This document shows positions 1-13,868 of a DNA stretch of 64,000 bases, piece after piece. Source of the DNA: Paragordius varius (taxonomy: Eukaryota > Animalia > Nematomorpha); NCBI GenBank assembly GCA_964247055.1, contig OZ176056.1:3844001-3908000 (forward strand), read 5' to 3'. The translations under genes and the position numbers were made by a program. How positions within the stretch are numbered: the stretch's first letter is position 1; every line of letters starts with the position of its first letter. The notes under the pieces were generated by a model that was given only the letters and a program-made list of their open reading frames with translations, was not told where the DNA came from and searched no databases.

Positions 1-511
1 ATAATTCATTATTAATATAAAATATATCTATATGGCATAGCTTATTATTTTTTCGGTATTATTTTAATTTTAAAAACTGTAGGTAATTTTTAATCTCAAA
101 AACACATAATTTATTTTTAATGTGAATGAATTTGAATTGTTCAAGAGCGAATTTAAATTGAAGTGTAAATGCTATATAATTTTTTTTATTATATCCTTTT
201 GTAAATCCAAATTTTATAATATTTTTTTATACATTGTTCGATTGATTTTAATCGGTTTTTGGGTGGTTGATCTCAAAAATTATATTTAATGAATACAATC
301 TGGATTCTTTTTCTGTTTAAATGAAATAAAAATTTATTTAGAATTTTATTTTAAAAAGTTTGCAAAATAAGGGTGCAACCCAATATATCTTTATTATTTT
401 ATATCATTTTCATAGAATAGAATATTTTAAATAATTTAATTGATATTATTAAAAACCAATCTGGATTTTTAACTCAATAAAAAAATATTTTATTATTTTA
501 CAAAATATTAG

Positions 512-3500
512 ATACTTAGTGGAAAATGGCGCCAACATAGGAGCCATAAACAGTGACGGAGAATTGCCGATTGATATAACAGAAACGCCTGAAATTGAAA
601 AATATTTACAAACCCAAATTGATAAAAAAGGTTTATTTAGTTTTATTTTTTATTATTTTAGTTTAATTAATTTTCTCAATTCAGCTTCGATGACAATCTA
701 ATTTTTTATATATATTCAATACAAATAATACAAATGTAATATAATATTTTATCCATTTTTAGGGTTGTTTTTTATAAAATATATAAAATGTTAGACATGA
801 TATTTGGATTTTTTGACGTTTTGTTCGTATTTGAGAACAGTTTTGAGTAATTTTATAATTTTCGATCATTTTTTGGTCTGTATAATTAAATTAAAATTTT
901 ATTTTTTTATGTCGGGTTTGGTAGTCAGAAATGTTATCGTAGAAAATTGATTTAAAATTAATATGTTTATGTACACGTTATTAGAAATGATTTAAATACA
1001 ATTTTTTGAGATATTAATTTATTAAATCATTTTATACAAACTATTATTAAACTTTTTTGACAAAATTCCAATTATGAAGCGTATAAACATTTATTTTATT
1101 GAGGATTCCAGATAAAAAGAAATGAATCCAAAGTTTTATGTTTTTTTTAAGTTTATTAATCTCTAAGGGCTGCATTTAACATATTTCCCGATCAGTTTTA
1201 TTGGCTAATATACAAACAATTATAAGATTAAATATAATTCAATCCTTTTTTTAACACACAATCTATAAGCTTTTTCAAAGTTATTCCAATTTTTTATTTT
1301 GTGGTTTGCGTTGCTTTTAGATTTATTGTGAAAAAACCGAGGAATAAAAAGCTTTGAATGTTTAATATATTATTTTCGGACTTTATTTATCATTTTTAGG
1401 GTTGTTTTACACATATTTTACAAATCAAATTTTTCCAATTTTAAGATTAAGTATTATATCAAACAAAATCTATAAACTTTTTCAAACTAATTTCAATTTA
1501 GATGTCATTATGGAAAAACCGAGGAATAAAATCAAATCGAATGCCGTTATCAGCGTTAAAAAATGAATAAAAATGGATTTTATATAACACGTTTTCGAAT
1601 AAATTTCCATATATTTTTTACTATTTACATGTCGATATGAATTATATTCCACAATATTTCATAAATTATTATGATGGATTTGAAAGCGACCCGACAAAAA
1701 ATATATAAATTTTCTTACAGTTTTTCCAATTTTGTCTTGCGTTGCTTTTAGATGGCATTATGGAAAAATCCGAGGAATAAAAAATTAAATCTAAAGCTCT
1801 GAGTGTTTAATATATTATTTTTAGAGTTTATTCATCAATTTTAGGGTTATTTTACTTATATTTTCCATCCATTTTTCCGTCTAATTTATAAATTGTTAAA
1901 AAATCTTAATTTCAATTTTGTCAATTGTTGTTTCTAGGTGTCATTGTAGAAGATGCCAGGAATGAAGAATTAAATCGAATGCTTCGCGACGTTAAACAAT
2001 GGATTCGGGCTGGTCAAGTGCGAGATTTTGCTCACCCAAAAACTGGGGCTACCGCTTTACACGTGGCCTCCGCCAAAGGATATACTTCACTACTAAAGTA
2101 AGCTTATAAAGTGTTTTGCTTGGGTTTTTTTAGTTTTTTGGGGGTTTTCTGGCAATTTTTGGTATTTTTTGAAGGATATTATAATTTAGGAGGGTTTCTG
2201 GAATTTTATATATTTTTATACGGTTTTTACTGGAAATTTCAAGTGATGTTTAGGAGGGGGTTTACAATTGGTGTGGGTTTTAATTTTGCCATAAGTAGTG
2301 TTACATTTTATAAGTTTTGAACGTATTAAGATATATTTATATAAGACAAAAATTTTTGATTGTATAAAAAATATTCTAATTATAAATTTAGATATAGGCA
2401 TAAAATAAGAATTTGTTTTTAAAGTAATCGAAATCTAAACGAAAAAAACTTTTTTATAATGATGTTTAAAATATTTATGCGAGGATTTTTCAAAAAACTG
2501 GATATACTTCGTAGAATCTCTTTGAAGAATTTTAACTGAATAAAAAAAACCTAATTATTCAACATATAAGGATATATTTATTTATAAACTACTTTTAATA
2601 AATATGATAATCCATATTTTATCAAATAAGTTGGTATATATCTGAAAAATAGTAAAATTTAATACACATACATGTATTAAAAAGGTGTGTTTGATAATTA
2701 CAACCTAGAGAATTATTAAGAATTTAATTTAAAACTTAGTTTTATATGTATATAGACTCATGTTAAATGAGGCACATATGAACCCCAACATTCAAGATTT
2801 TGATGGTTGGACGCCATTGCATGCTGGTATGCATTGGGGACAAAGAGAAGCTGTCCGTATACTTTATACCTTGGGATTTGCAAATCCACAAATCAAGGAT
2901 TTTAATGTAAATCTGTTTTTTTGAGTTTAGTTAGTTAGTTTAGGTTTTAAAAGTTGGAAAAAGGGGTATTTGGTGTGAAAAAATAACGTTTTATTACAGT
3001 AGAAATTTTGGTGTTAAATCTATTTTTTGGTTGGTTGATTCATTGCTTGTTTCAAAAGTATTTTTTGATGTGGAAAATAACTTTTTCATAGTAAAAGTTA
3101 TATAAATATTATGAGGACAAAACATAAAATTTATATAAGCAAGCAATTATTTTTGATAAAGGAGAGTGATCCTTGAAACTTTTTGATTGCAATTCGAAAT
3201 ATATGATAGAGTATGTCACCAATTTATATTTATATATCTTGTTTTGCATGCTAAATTGTTAGGTTTTTTTAGGTAATACGGTTTTAAAATATGATTGTTC
3301 TCATAACAATATGAATCTTGGTGATTTAACGTTTTGTTTAATTTTCAGTTTTTTATTACTTAATGGTGATTTTTGTTGAAAATTAAGATTTGTCCAATTT
3401 AATACTGTTAAAAAGCAATATTATTGATTAAATTTCTTTTGATTTTACCAGTTTTTTAATTTTTCTTTTTTCCTTGATTGCATTGTTCATTTTTCCTTTT

Positions 3501-6500
3501 TAGATCTGTAGTATTAATAATTTGGCAATTTAACAATATTAGTCGGAATTATATAATTTATAAAATAAGGAAATATATTTTTAATAAACTACCTATACAA
3601 TATATAAATTGTTAACTTTTTAAAAAAGTTTAAATTTCATTGTAAATAATATTATAATCTTTTTAATGCAAAAAAATATATTTTTTTAATTTTAATTTTG
3701 TTTTTGCAGTCACAAACAGCGTTTGATGTTGCCGACCGTTCCATGTGCACCTATTTGGACGAAATTATCAAAGTAATTATCGATTTTAAGAATTAAAATT
3801 TTAATTATTTTAATTAAATTATACTATTTACACTTAAAATTCCCCCTTTCAAATTTACCTTAAAATAAATTCCGTGTGTTTTTCATATTTTAAAAATGAT
3901 TTCGTTAAAAATTAGCATAATAATACTGTGAATTTGGCTATAACGAAATATTTCACTTTAATGATGAGTTATGTTGGCCCAAAACAACATAATTTATTTT
4001 TAGGGTGAATTTGATTTGTTTAAGGGTGAATTTGATTTGTAAATGGTATGTTCATAAGAGACTATATATTATCTTTTTAGGTTTATTTAAGCCCCCCTGG
4101 CCCCATAATAAATATAAATCTCGGGAAAATACTGGCAAATTTTTTGTAATATATCTCAAAAATATAAAAATTATTATTAAAAGTTTCACAATGAAATTAG
4201 AAAAAAATATTGTTTAATAGTTAGTTTTAATGGTAAACACCATGGTAAACTATCCAGCTCTTTTTATGAAATAGTTTTTTTTATCATACAATCTGTTTTT
4301 CGCAGTTTTTGAGTTGTTGGAAACCCAGATCAATTTTTTTAGCCCAAGTAGTTAAACGTGGACGACCGGGTTTATTGTTTCCAGGTGAGATGATGTCGAA
4401 TAAGGTTTTGATCGGATTATCAGGATTTATACGGTCAAGGTGACCGTAGTATCTCATTCTTTTGCATTGGATAAATTTGTCTACTGACTCCATTTGTAGT
4501 GATTGCTGATATCTTGGGGATTTAGTTGCGTTGACATTAGGCATAGTATGTAATTTTCCGCGCTGATGAAACTTTTCACTTGAGATTGTGTTAATGCCAT
4601 GGTTTCTGTGGTACATATGTCAAAACTGGTCTTATACCCGTTTTATAAATTAAGCCTTTTGTTTTGGGAGATATGTGTGCTTTTGTTTTAGAATGTATTT
4701 TAGCTGATGATATTTTACCCAAGTGCGATTTATTCTTGCATGTATTGCGCTATTAAATTTGATGTTATTTTATTGCCAAGATAGGTAAATTCGTTTACCG
4801 ACTTAAAGCTTGAGCTATGTGCTTAATTGTTGAGGGCGTTGAGGCATGATTCGCATTTAAAAATCATCTTTTCGGATAATTTACCAGTAATGTTTATACA
4901 TTTTTTGTGACACCATTTTTTACTTGCAGAGCAGACAATAGAATCAAATCCAACAATTAATCATCTGCAAACTCCGCATGGATTTATTTTGAATACAAAT
5001 TTGGCTATCTTTTGTTCACAATCCCCCCCCCTCCCCTTTATAAAAATAATGGCAGTCAGTTGGAATGTTTTTCCTATATAGATTGATTAAACTTTTAGAA
5101 CACACGCTTTAAAAATATTTGAAGTTTTATTAGAAAATAAATTAAGGAACCAGGTAAAATTATTATCTTCACAATTTGCCTTCCGTCCAAGCCACTCACA
5201 AGATAACTATCTTTTAAATAAAAATCATCTTTTTCTTGAATTGGAAAAGACTTTTGACAGAGTACCCCTAGCATTAAATCCAATGGGCATTAAAAATAAA
5301 TTAGAAAAAAAGGATTAACTATATTAATAAGGCTCTAAAATGCATAAACTTCTTAATGCTATTAATAATTTTGACAAAAAATATCACCCCTTTTATAACC
5401 GAGAAAAAGAGATGTTATAAGGCTCTTTTTTAAGACTTTTCTCTAAAATTAATTTCAAAATGGATCTCATTAATGAGGAATAATTGTATTATAGTTTTAT
5501 CATTTTTTGAAAAAAAATTTAAAATTATTTGAAATTTCATTTTTTTCTCTTGTTTTGGCCTAGGCAAATCCATTGATTGTACCAAGGACCTCTATGGCTA
5601 CTCCTTTATACCTCAATAATTATCAACCACAATCCTTTGTGCAAAAAAATTTGCAAATGCTTAATTCAACTGCCAATCCTAAATTAACAAGGTATGTATT
5701 ATATTTATATATTTCTTTTTGGAATATAATTTTAATTAAAAATAAATGTGTTAAATGTATAAAAAATATTTTAATATTTTTTTATATTGGAATAGAATTA
5801 ATTGTATTGTTTTGCAAAATATTGAGTGTAAAGCCATATATTGCGGAAATAATAATCGCATAAGATAGTTTCAACAACAAATAAATTGCAAATAATTACA
5901 GTAAAATTTAAATTATATGGACACGTAAAAATATAGAGTCAATAATTTTTTCTAAAAGGCAATCTTTTTACATCTTGATGTATTTAGCTAAAAATCATTG
6001 TTTTAATTGCATAGTTTGGAATAATACAATCCATTATATAAATACAATAATGATAATCTAGAGTTTATAGGAAAAATTAAGTTAAAACATGTATGATTGC
6101 TTTTGGATAAAAAAATATATTTTCTTAAATTTTACATTAACCTTCCGTATAATTTTTATTTTAAATGTGATTTAGTTTTTTTATTTTTTGTTCTGTTCTG
6201 TTCTCACAGTAGTTTGAAATCAAAGATGGATAAAACTGTCGTAAAATCAGAAGTAAAAACCATCGAAAATGATGTCAATACCAATTCTGCCAACGAGGAA
6301 AGTGGAGTTTTACGTTTAAGTTCGGGTCAAAAAAATCGATTAAATCACCAAGATCATGAAAGTGAACGGACTATTTTAGCGGAATCAAGTATATCATATT
6401 ATATACTATAATGAAATAATTTAAATTCAAAAACTGGGGTGAATACTAGAAAAATTTGGGATTAAATGGGGGAAGAGTTAATAATCTAAAAACTAATTTT

Positions 6501-9500
6501 AATCAAAAAATAATGAGTATGATTTTATATATGTTTTTTTTGCAAAAGGGTCATTAATAGTTTTTTAATTTAAATCAAATAATGAATGTGATTTTATATA
6601 TTTTTTCGTCAAAGGGTTATGAATAGTTTAAAATTTTGAGCTTGTTTTTTTGGTGTTTTTGTTGATTTTGGAGGGAAGGAGAGGGGGATATTATTGAATG
6701 AATTATTTTAGAATATGTAATTTTTCATTTTTTGTATCATAATATATAAATTAGATAATTAACTTATAATATAATTGTGATTTATTTAAAGTTCCTATAA
6801 GTTTTTTGAATATTTTTCTATAAAATAAAAAGAACAATTTTATGTTTAAAATATATGAAAATTTTATTTTTATATCATGTTTTAATTTTTGATTGATTTG
6901 TTACATTCATTATATATATATATACAAGTGAATCGTATTTACTATAAAAAATTTTGCGTAATTATAATAATTAAATGTTTTTTATACAAACGAAATTTTT
7001 GACTTACTTATTTTATGATTAAAAAATCCTTTTTTTTCTATCACATTATATATATAGATGATATAACTTCAGTTGGGCCAAAACAAACCTCTATTATTAA
7101 TAATAGCAATAAAAAAGCAAAATTAGTTTCAACACCATCCACCTCATCATCGGGAAACGATGAAGGTATTTAATATTAAGATTTTATGAATTTTACAAAA
7201 ATACCAATTTTTTTATACAATTATTTAAAATATAACGGATCAGATATAAATAGTTTAAAACTCCTCTTTTTATTTAAAAAATCTTTAATTCATATGACAA
7301 GTGTCAAACAATATAAATCATTTATAAATTAAATATATTATAACCTAAAATGATTATATAGAAAATTATTTTAAAAACCAATTTACCAATATCATCTTCA
7401 AACAAAAACGAATTACAGTAAAAATTGAAACTATATGTTAAACAAAAGATAAAAATTGTAAAACAAATATTTTAACGGCAAAATTGAGAGAATTACGCAT
7501 TATATATTATTGAAATTTATTTAAATTAAACTAAAATGCGTTTATGATAAAAATATATAATGATAATATTTTGACAATATTTATAAGATTTTGTTTTTTC
7601 TATATAACATAGAATGCTAATGTGTTAAAATATGTCTTATTGTTAGTATTAAAATATAAAGTTTAAAACTTATTTTTGTATTATTTTATTGTAATACAAA
7701 TTTTTATATTTTGATAGAAGAAAGCATAACTTCAAACAATGCCGCCTCCGGACAAAATAGTGGAACTGAAACATCGACATCTACCTCAACATCTAATTCA
7801 AAATCATCCACTGAAAATTCTTCATTAAATTCGGACAAAAACGCAACGAAAAGCTCAAAATATGGTTTATTTTATTTTGTTTTAATTTTACATAGAAGCT
7901 GTTTTGGAATTAAAAAATAGGACATGAATTATCGAAAAGTTTAGGTTTGATAAAGTTGGAAATTAAGGTAAAATTTCTGGTGGTTGTACTGTAAATATAT
8001 TTTATACAATTTTACAGTTTTTAGGATTCAGTCTTAAAAATTTAAGATGTAAAATATATATTTTCTAAGTATCAAATTATTTATCTTCTTTTTTTGTTAA
8101 GGTTCTTCAAATGCCCTAAATTTGAAACAAGCTACACCTCTTATACCAAGAAAGCTTATAGCTAATGAGAATCTTACAAGTTAGATTTATTTATATTTAT
8201 TACTAGCGTAAATCTCGTGCTGCTACGCAGCCCGAGGAAGTCCTTCGGACTTCTGGGGTGGGGGGGGGGGTTTGAAAAAAGGGACAATAAAATGATTCAC
8301 ATATGTGAATTATTTCAAAACATTATTTAATAACTATGATCTCATAGGAATTTTACCACTGTGCATTCATACATTAATTATTTACTTGGGGGAAAAATAG
8401 ATTTAAAAAAATATTTATACATATGATTTTTCACACGGGGTAGGCCCGAACTGGGGACCTAATTCCAAAAAAGGCCGAAACTATTGTCGGGGCATCCATT
8501 AATGATTAAATTTTTTCGATGTTTGGATTTGAATGGGTTCACCGGTTTTCCGAAAACAGATCACAAAGTTACATGAGAAATCAGTTTTTAGCGGGTAGCT
8601 CCTTACCCAGCAGCTATCATCAACAATGGACTAAAATTTATGCCTTTTAACAGGGAATACGTGGAATGCATATTGAATTTTTACGGTCTCATACCTTGGT
8701 CGAAAAATAGATTTAAAAAAATATTTTTGTGGACTTTGTTTTTTAAAAAAGGTGGCATTTTACGGGGGGAGCGGGTAAAAAGAGGGCCTAAATCAAAAAA
8801 GTGACTCGACTATGTTTGGCGCAATCGAAAATAACTAAATAAAAATCATATATGAATTTGAATAGTCCAACACGTTCTCCGGAAAATTGTCTCAAAGACA
8901 CGATTTTTGTGGACTTCTATTTTCAAAAAAAACCCGTTTTTCACACGGGGTGGGCCAGAACTGGGGGCCTTTTTTAAAAAAAGGGCGAAGCTATTGTCGG
9001 GGCATTCATTAATGATTATATTTTTTCGATGTTTGGATTTGAATGGGTCTACCGGTTTTCCTGTACCAGATCACAAAGCCAGCATTTTCCATTTTTATAA
9101 ATATATAGATTAGATAGTATCATAGTCTTATTATAATCGTTAAATTTCCATGTTACGTTTGAACAATTTTTATTTTGTCATATATATATATATATATATA
9201 TATATCTGCCAAGCTATTTGGCCATATTTTTTTACGGTTATAATCGATAACATTTTTAAAAAACTTTTTAGATTTTACCATTTATATTATAAATTAATAT
9301 ATTTCTAGCGACAAAATCACCCTCAAAATCAAATACTCAAAAAAGTTTATTATCGAGCAACAATACAGAAAAGAGTGATGAAACTTCAGGAGAATCTATA
9401 AGTGAAGATGAGAATGGTACAACCACATCTAGCTCAAATAGCTCTGTTATTCAAACCAACACGTCTCAGGAAAATTTAATTGATCGCAACAAACAGAAAT

Positions 9501-12500
9501 CTATTCAGGGTATGTATACAAAAACTAGGTTTTTCTTTAAGTTTAAATGGTAATTTTTAAAACTCTAGTATGCATTTAGTTTTATAATTTTGATATATGG
9601 TTCTTTTTTAACCACTTTAAATTAGTGTCCAACACGTGGCATGCAAAAAATTTTTAATTTGGATATATGCCTAGAAATTTTTGTTAAATTGATATTTTTA
9701 ACCATTTTTTTTATAATTAAGTCAATCCAATTGGCAAGAAGGCGAATTGTTATATTGTGTTTGCATTTTACTGTCTTATGTGTGATATCTCAATCATCAT
9801 TGATGAATGCCCATATATATTTTAAATAAGGCTCGCCTGGGTTTTTCGAGGCAAAAATGCGGCTATTTATGTTGAACACCCCTGCTTTAATTGATCAAAA
9901 TTTTATAATATATATTGCAAACAGTTATAATATTTTATTGTTTGATATAAGATATCAGTATAATAAACCGTCTAATTAATATATATATATATATATTTAG
10001 TTAATCGACCTACGTCTCTATCTATAAAACCAATAAACTCAACAAATGTTACGAATAATGTAGAAAGGCTTCCCATTTTAACCTCACAAACGGCTAATAT
10101 AAACTCCAATTATAATATGAGCAATAAAAGTACCCAAAATAGTCAATTCATCCTAAATAATAAACCAAGTTCATTCGTAAGCCCCATGCAAGTATGTAAT
10201 GTTAAAAAAAATTTTATAATTGTGTAAAAAATGGATTTAAAATTTATTTTTTGTTTTATTTTTAACTTATAGAAATCTATACCAATTGAATCAGAACCTA
10301 TTACATCAACCTATTATAATACTGGCTCAAATGGCGAGAAAAATGATACTAGGTATATAAAACTTTAACTAAAATTGACTAAATATGCATGATAATGTAA
10401 AAAAATTATTTTTCGCTGGTATACAGTAGCGTATGGAATAAAACAATGTTTTGTCCATCCATAATTAAAAAAACAATTATGAACGCATTATTTTCCACCA
10501 TTACCATACGCTACTCTAACCATGAATTAACCAACTATATTAACATCTTGATTTGCAAAATTTTTGAAATTATTTTAAATGGGTTAACACGTTTTTTTGG
10601 AATTATTACAAACTAACATTTTTTTAAGTTTATACCTTGATACTAACACGCATCCATCAAAAACTAAACATAAAAATATATTTGCATTTTCAAAAAATTA
10701 ATACAAAACCTTATACTTGTCTTATTTTCCGTATTTATATATTTTTTTGTACGACGTTTTATTTTTATTTTTTGTTCGCAGCATGACACAAAATTATACT
10801 AACAACAATCCCGTAAATAACAGTAATAATTTTACTAGTTATTCGGTGATAAATACGGCAAAATATGTCAACAACCCCCCTAATAATTACATACCAAATG
10901 ACAATTTTAATTATACTCATAACTCTGTAAATGATTTCAATTTTCTCGTTTATACCACGGCTGCTAATACTTCAACTTCAAACAATGTTGTTGTCAGTGT
11001 TAACAGTAATTATTGCAATCATAATGCTATTGCTATGAATACGGAAAATAAAGAGTGTGAAACCTTAAATAACATTATTAAAAGTATTACAAATAGTTCC
11101 GCCGCCCCTCCTCCTGTCTTACTGAGCCCTCCTGTGTACAAGTTTAACAGTATGAAAAAATCTCCACAAACAGCCCAAAGCTTAGCACACTTGTTAGCCT
11201 CTGATGGCGTTTTAGTTTCGGGGAATCAATCAACCATCCCTATTACGTCGGCAGAATTAACTAAAACCGCAGATGTTTTAACTGGTGGCAAATATAATTG
11301 CCATCATGATGAATATGTTTGCAGCCAGTCTAGAAATTATCATGTTGAACCGATGGACGACACTTCAATAATAATTCAAACAACAAACCCCAAAGATAAC
11401 AATGTTATTATACCACCTCCCATACCTTATGCCTTTACTTCGGTACGCGATAATCCATTCTTAAAACTTGAAAAAATGAAACAACAAAACGAATTATTAA
11501 CAAATGTTTCAAACAACACCATCACGTCTCCCCCCAAAACACTAGGAGAAAACTCCAAGAAACCTGCTCTAGCATTGTATGACACGCTGTTAAGTCCTTC
11601 ATCAACAAAGATGTACAATACCGGATTCAACATGTATAAACCGATAGACCCTGGGAAGTTTTATAATGGTCTTAGCCCTACTACTCCTATTACTATCACC
11701 ACTGCCCAAGAATCAAATGGTGCCGTTTTAAATGATTTTATAACCTCCTCAGAAATCGGTTTAAATAATAATAATTTGCAAATTATGGCTAACAATGGAT
11801 CGCCTTTGGAAAATGGCTCAAATTCTACGTTAAAACATAACAGACGTCAATCCGTTGATATTAATGCCATGAATTGTATAAATAATAATAATAATATTGT
11901 TATGCATGAATCAAATCGTCAATTTTTTACTTTGTTACAAAAATATCAACAAAATTGTGGAAATACCACTGCTAATAATCCAAATCCCAACATCAATACT
12001 AATGTTAATTATAATCAATCCAATAATGATATACGGAGAAATACATTACAAACTATGTTGGGAACTCATATGAGCGATGAAAATGCCTGCAAACAGAATT
12101 ACTTGACAACACCAGAGTATATAAGTTCTCGTTTTTGCATACGTAAATGTAGATTATATGAATAATGGCATGCAGAAAAATTAGCATGAAATGAATAATT
12201 TTGTTAACTTTCCATTTTTTTCAAAAAAATGAATCGAATAAAAAATTATATGCATGAAATGCTTCAATGGTATAAAAATTAATCTCGCCCATATATATAA
12301 CTTTTTGATATCTTAATTTTTATTTTCGCAAGCATGCTGCTGTATAAAACAAAAATTTGCAAAAAACTTTTTATGTCTCCCAATACATACCTCTTTTGGT
12401 AAATGATAAAAATTCATTCGTATATAATTTTATTTTTAGAGGTGAAAATTTGGTTGCTCAAATGAAATCGCCTTCGATAGATTCGTTGAAATCGACATCG

Positions 12501-13820
12501 ACTAGTTCAACCAGTTCGAGTAGTACTTCAAATACCCCACTTACTGATGAAAATCATAGTAAAAAAAATTGCCATATTTTCATGAGTTTGATTTAAGATT
12601 AGAAAATGTGCTGAAGACAGTTTTTTTATACTGTTTAAAATTATTTTATTTAAAAGTTGGATTATTTAAATTATATAATTACTGGATTAATTACAGTAAA
12701 AATTGGAATTATACGGACAAAATGTTAAAATATAAAGACAAATATTTTTTTCTAAAAGACAACCATACATTTTAAATCTTTATTTTTTTTAAATATTGCA
12801 AAGTATATGATAGAGATGTTTATTGGTAACACTATTAATTATGTATTTTACGATTGTAATTAAATGATTTTTAAAGGATTAATTAAGGTCTAAAAAAGTA
12901 TGGTTGTTTTTTGATAAAATATTCGTCCTTATATTTTACGTTTTGTCCGTATAGTATTAATTTTTACTGTAATTTAATAGCTGAAAATATAGCATATTTA
13001 CGTTAATTTATCCTACATATTAAGGAATGTTCAAAAATAAAATTTACTTTTACATTTTTTTTAAAGCTTATAATAAAACCATCTCATAAAACAATGCATG
13101 CCCCCCATAAAAATTACAAGTTTAAATTAAATTTATCATTTTTTGCCTTAACAAATATTCCAGATTCTTCGATTATATTTGTGGCAAGTTTCTAAAACAG
13201 TACCTTAAGGGTTGTCCAGAATAAATGGCTTTGAGGGTCGCATCGGAGCAAAAAATTATTGAAAAACTTATTTAAGAAAATTTTAGTGTCGTTTGCTATA
13301 ATTTGGTAATTAAATTCACGGACTGCAAAAAAAATTTGGGGGGCCGCACCTGTTAATTCTTCTCACTCCATGATGTGCTAATTATGGGAGAAATACATAT
13401 CTTATTATCTGATTCATACACTTAAATTATTAATAAATATATTCCCCATAAATAGTATTTAATACTATCTAAGTTAGAAAATTTAAATAATAATTAATAT
13501 TTATTTTTCTTGTTTTCGGCGAATTTACAACAGAACTTTTATCTAAGCAAAAAGTGCATGGATCAGCATAAGTTAAACTGATTATTGGTACTGTACAACT
13601 TTTATACAAAAGCAGTTTGATTATATCGGTTGCCTATATTAACAAATATATATTTTATATTTTACTAACAAGGGATGTCCAAACGCTTTGTTCGGTTCGC
13701 TAATATGCTATAAAAGTATTTCAATCACAAATTTACGATTATTTAAAAGATATATCATCCGATGAAAAATATATATATATATAAACCCAAATTTACGATT
13801 ATATAAAAAATATATCATCC

Positions 13821-13868
<48 letters not shown>

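Noticed and set aside
2111-2401. Phe/Gly-rich ORFs in a MYPT1 intron
   Set aside because: T/G-skewed intron sequence with GTG start and no coding features; the other short F/I/L/K-rich ORFs in the track are rejected for the same reason.
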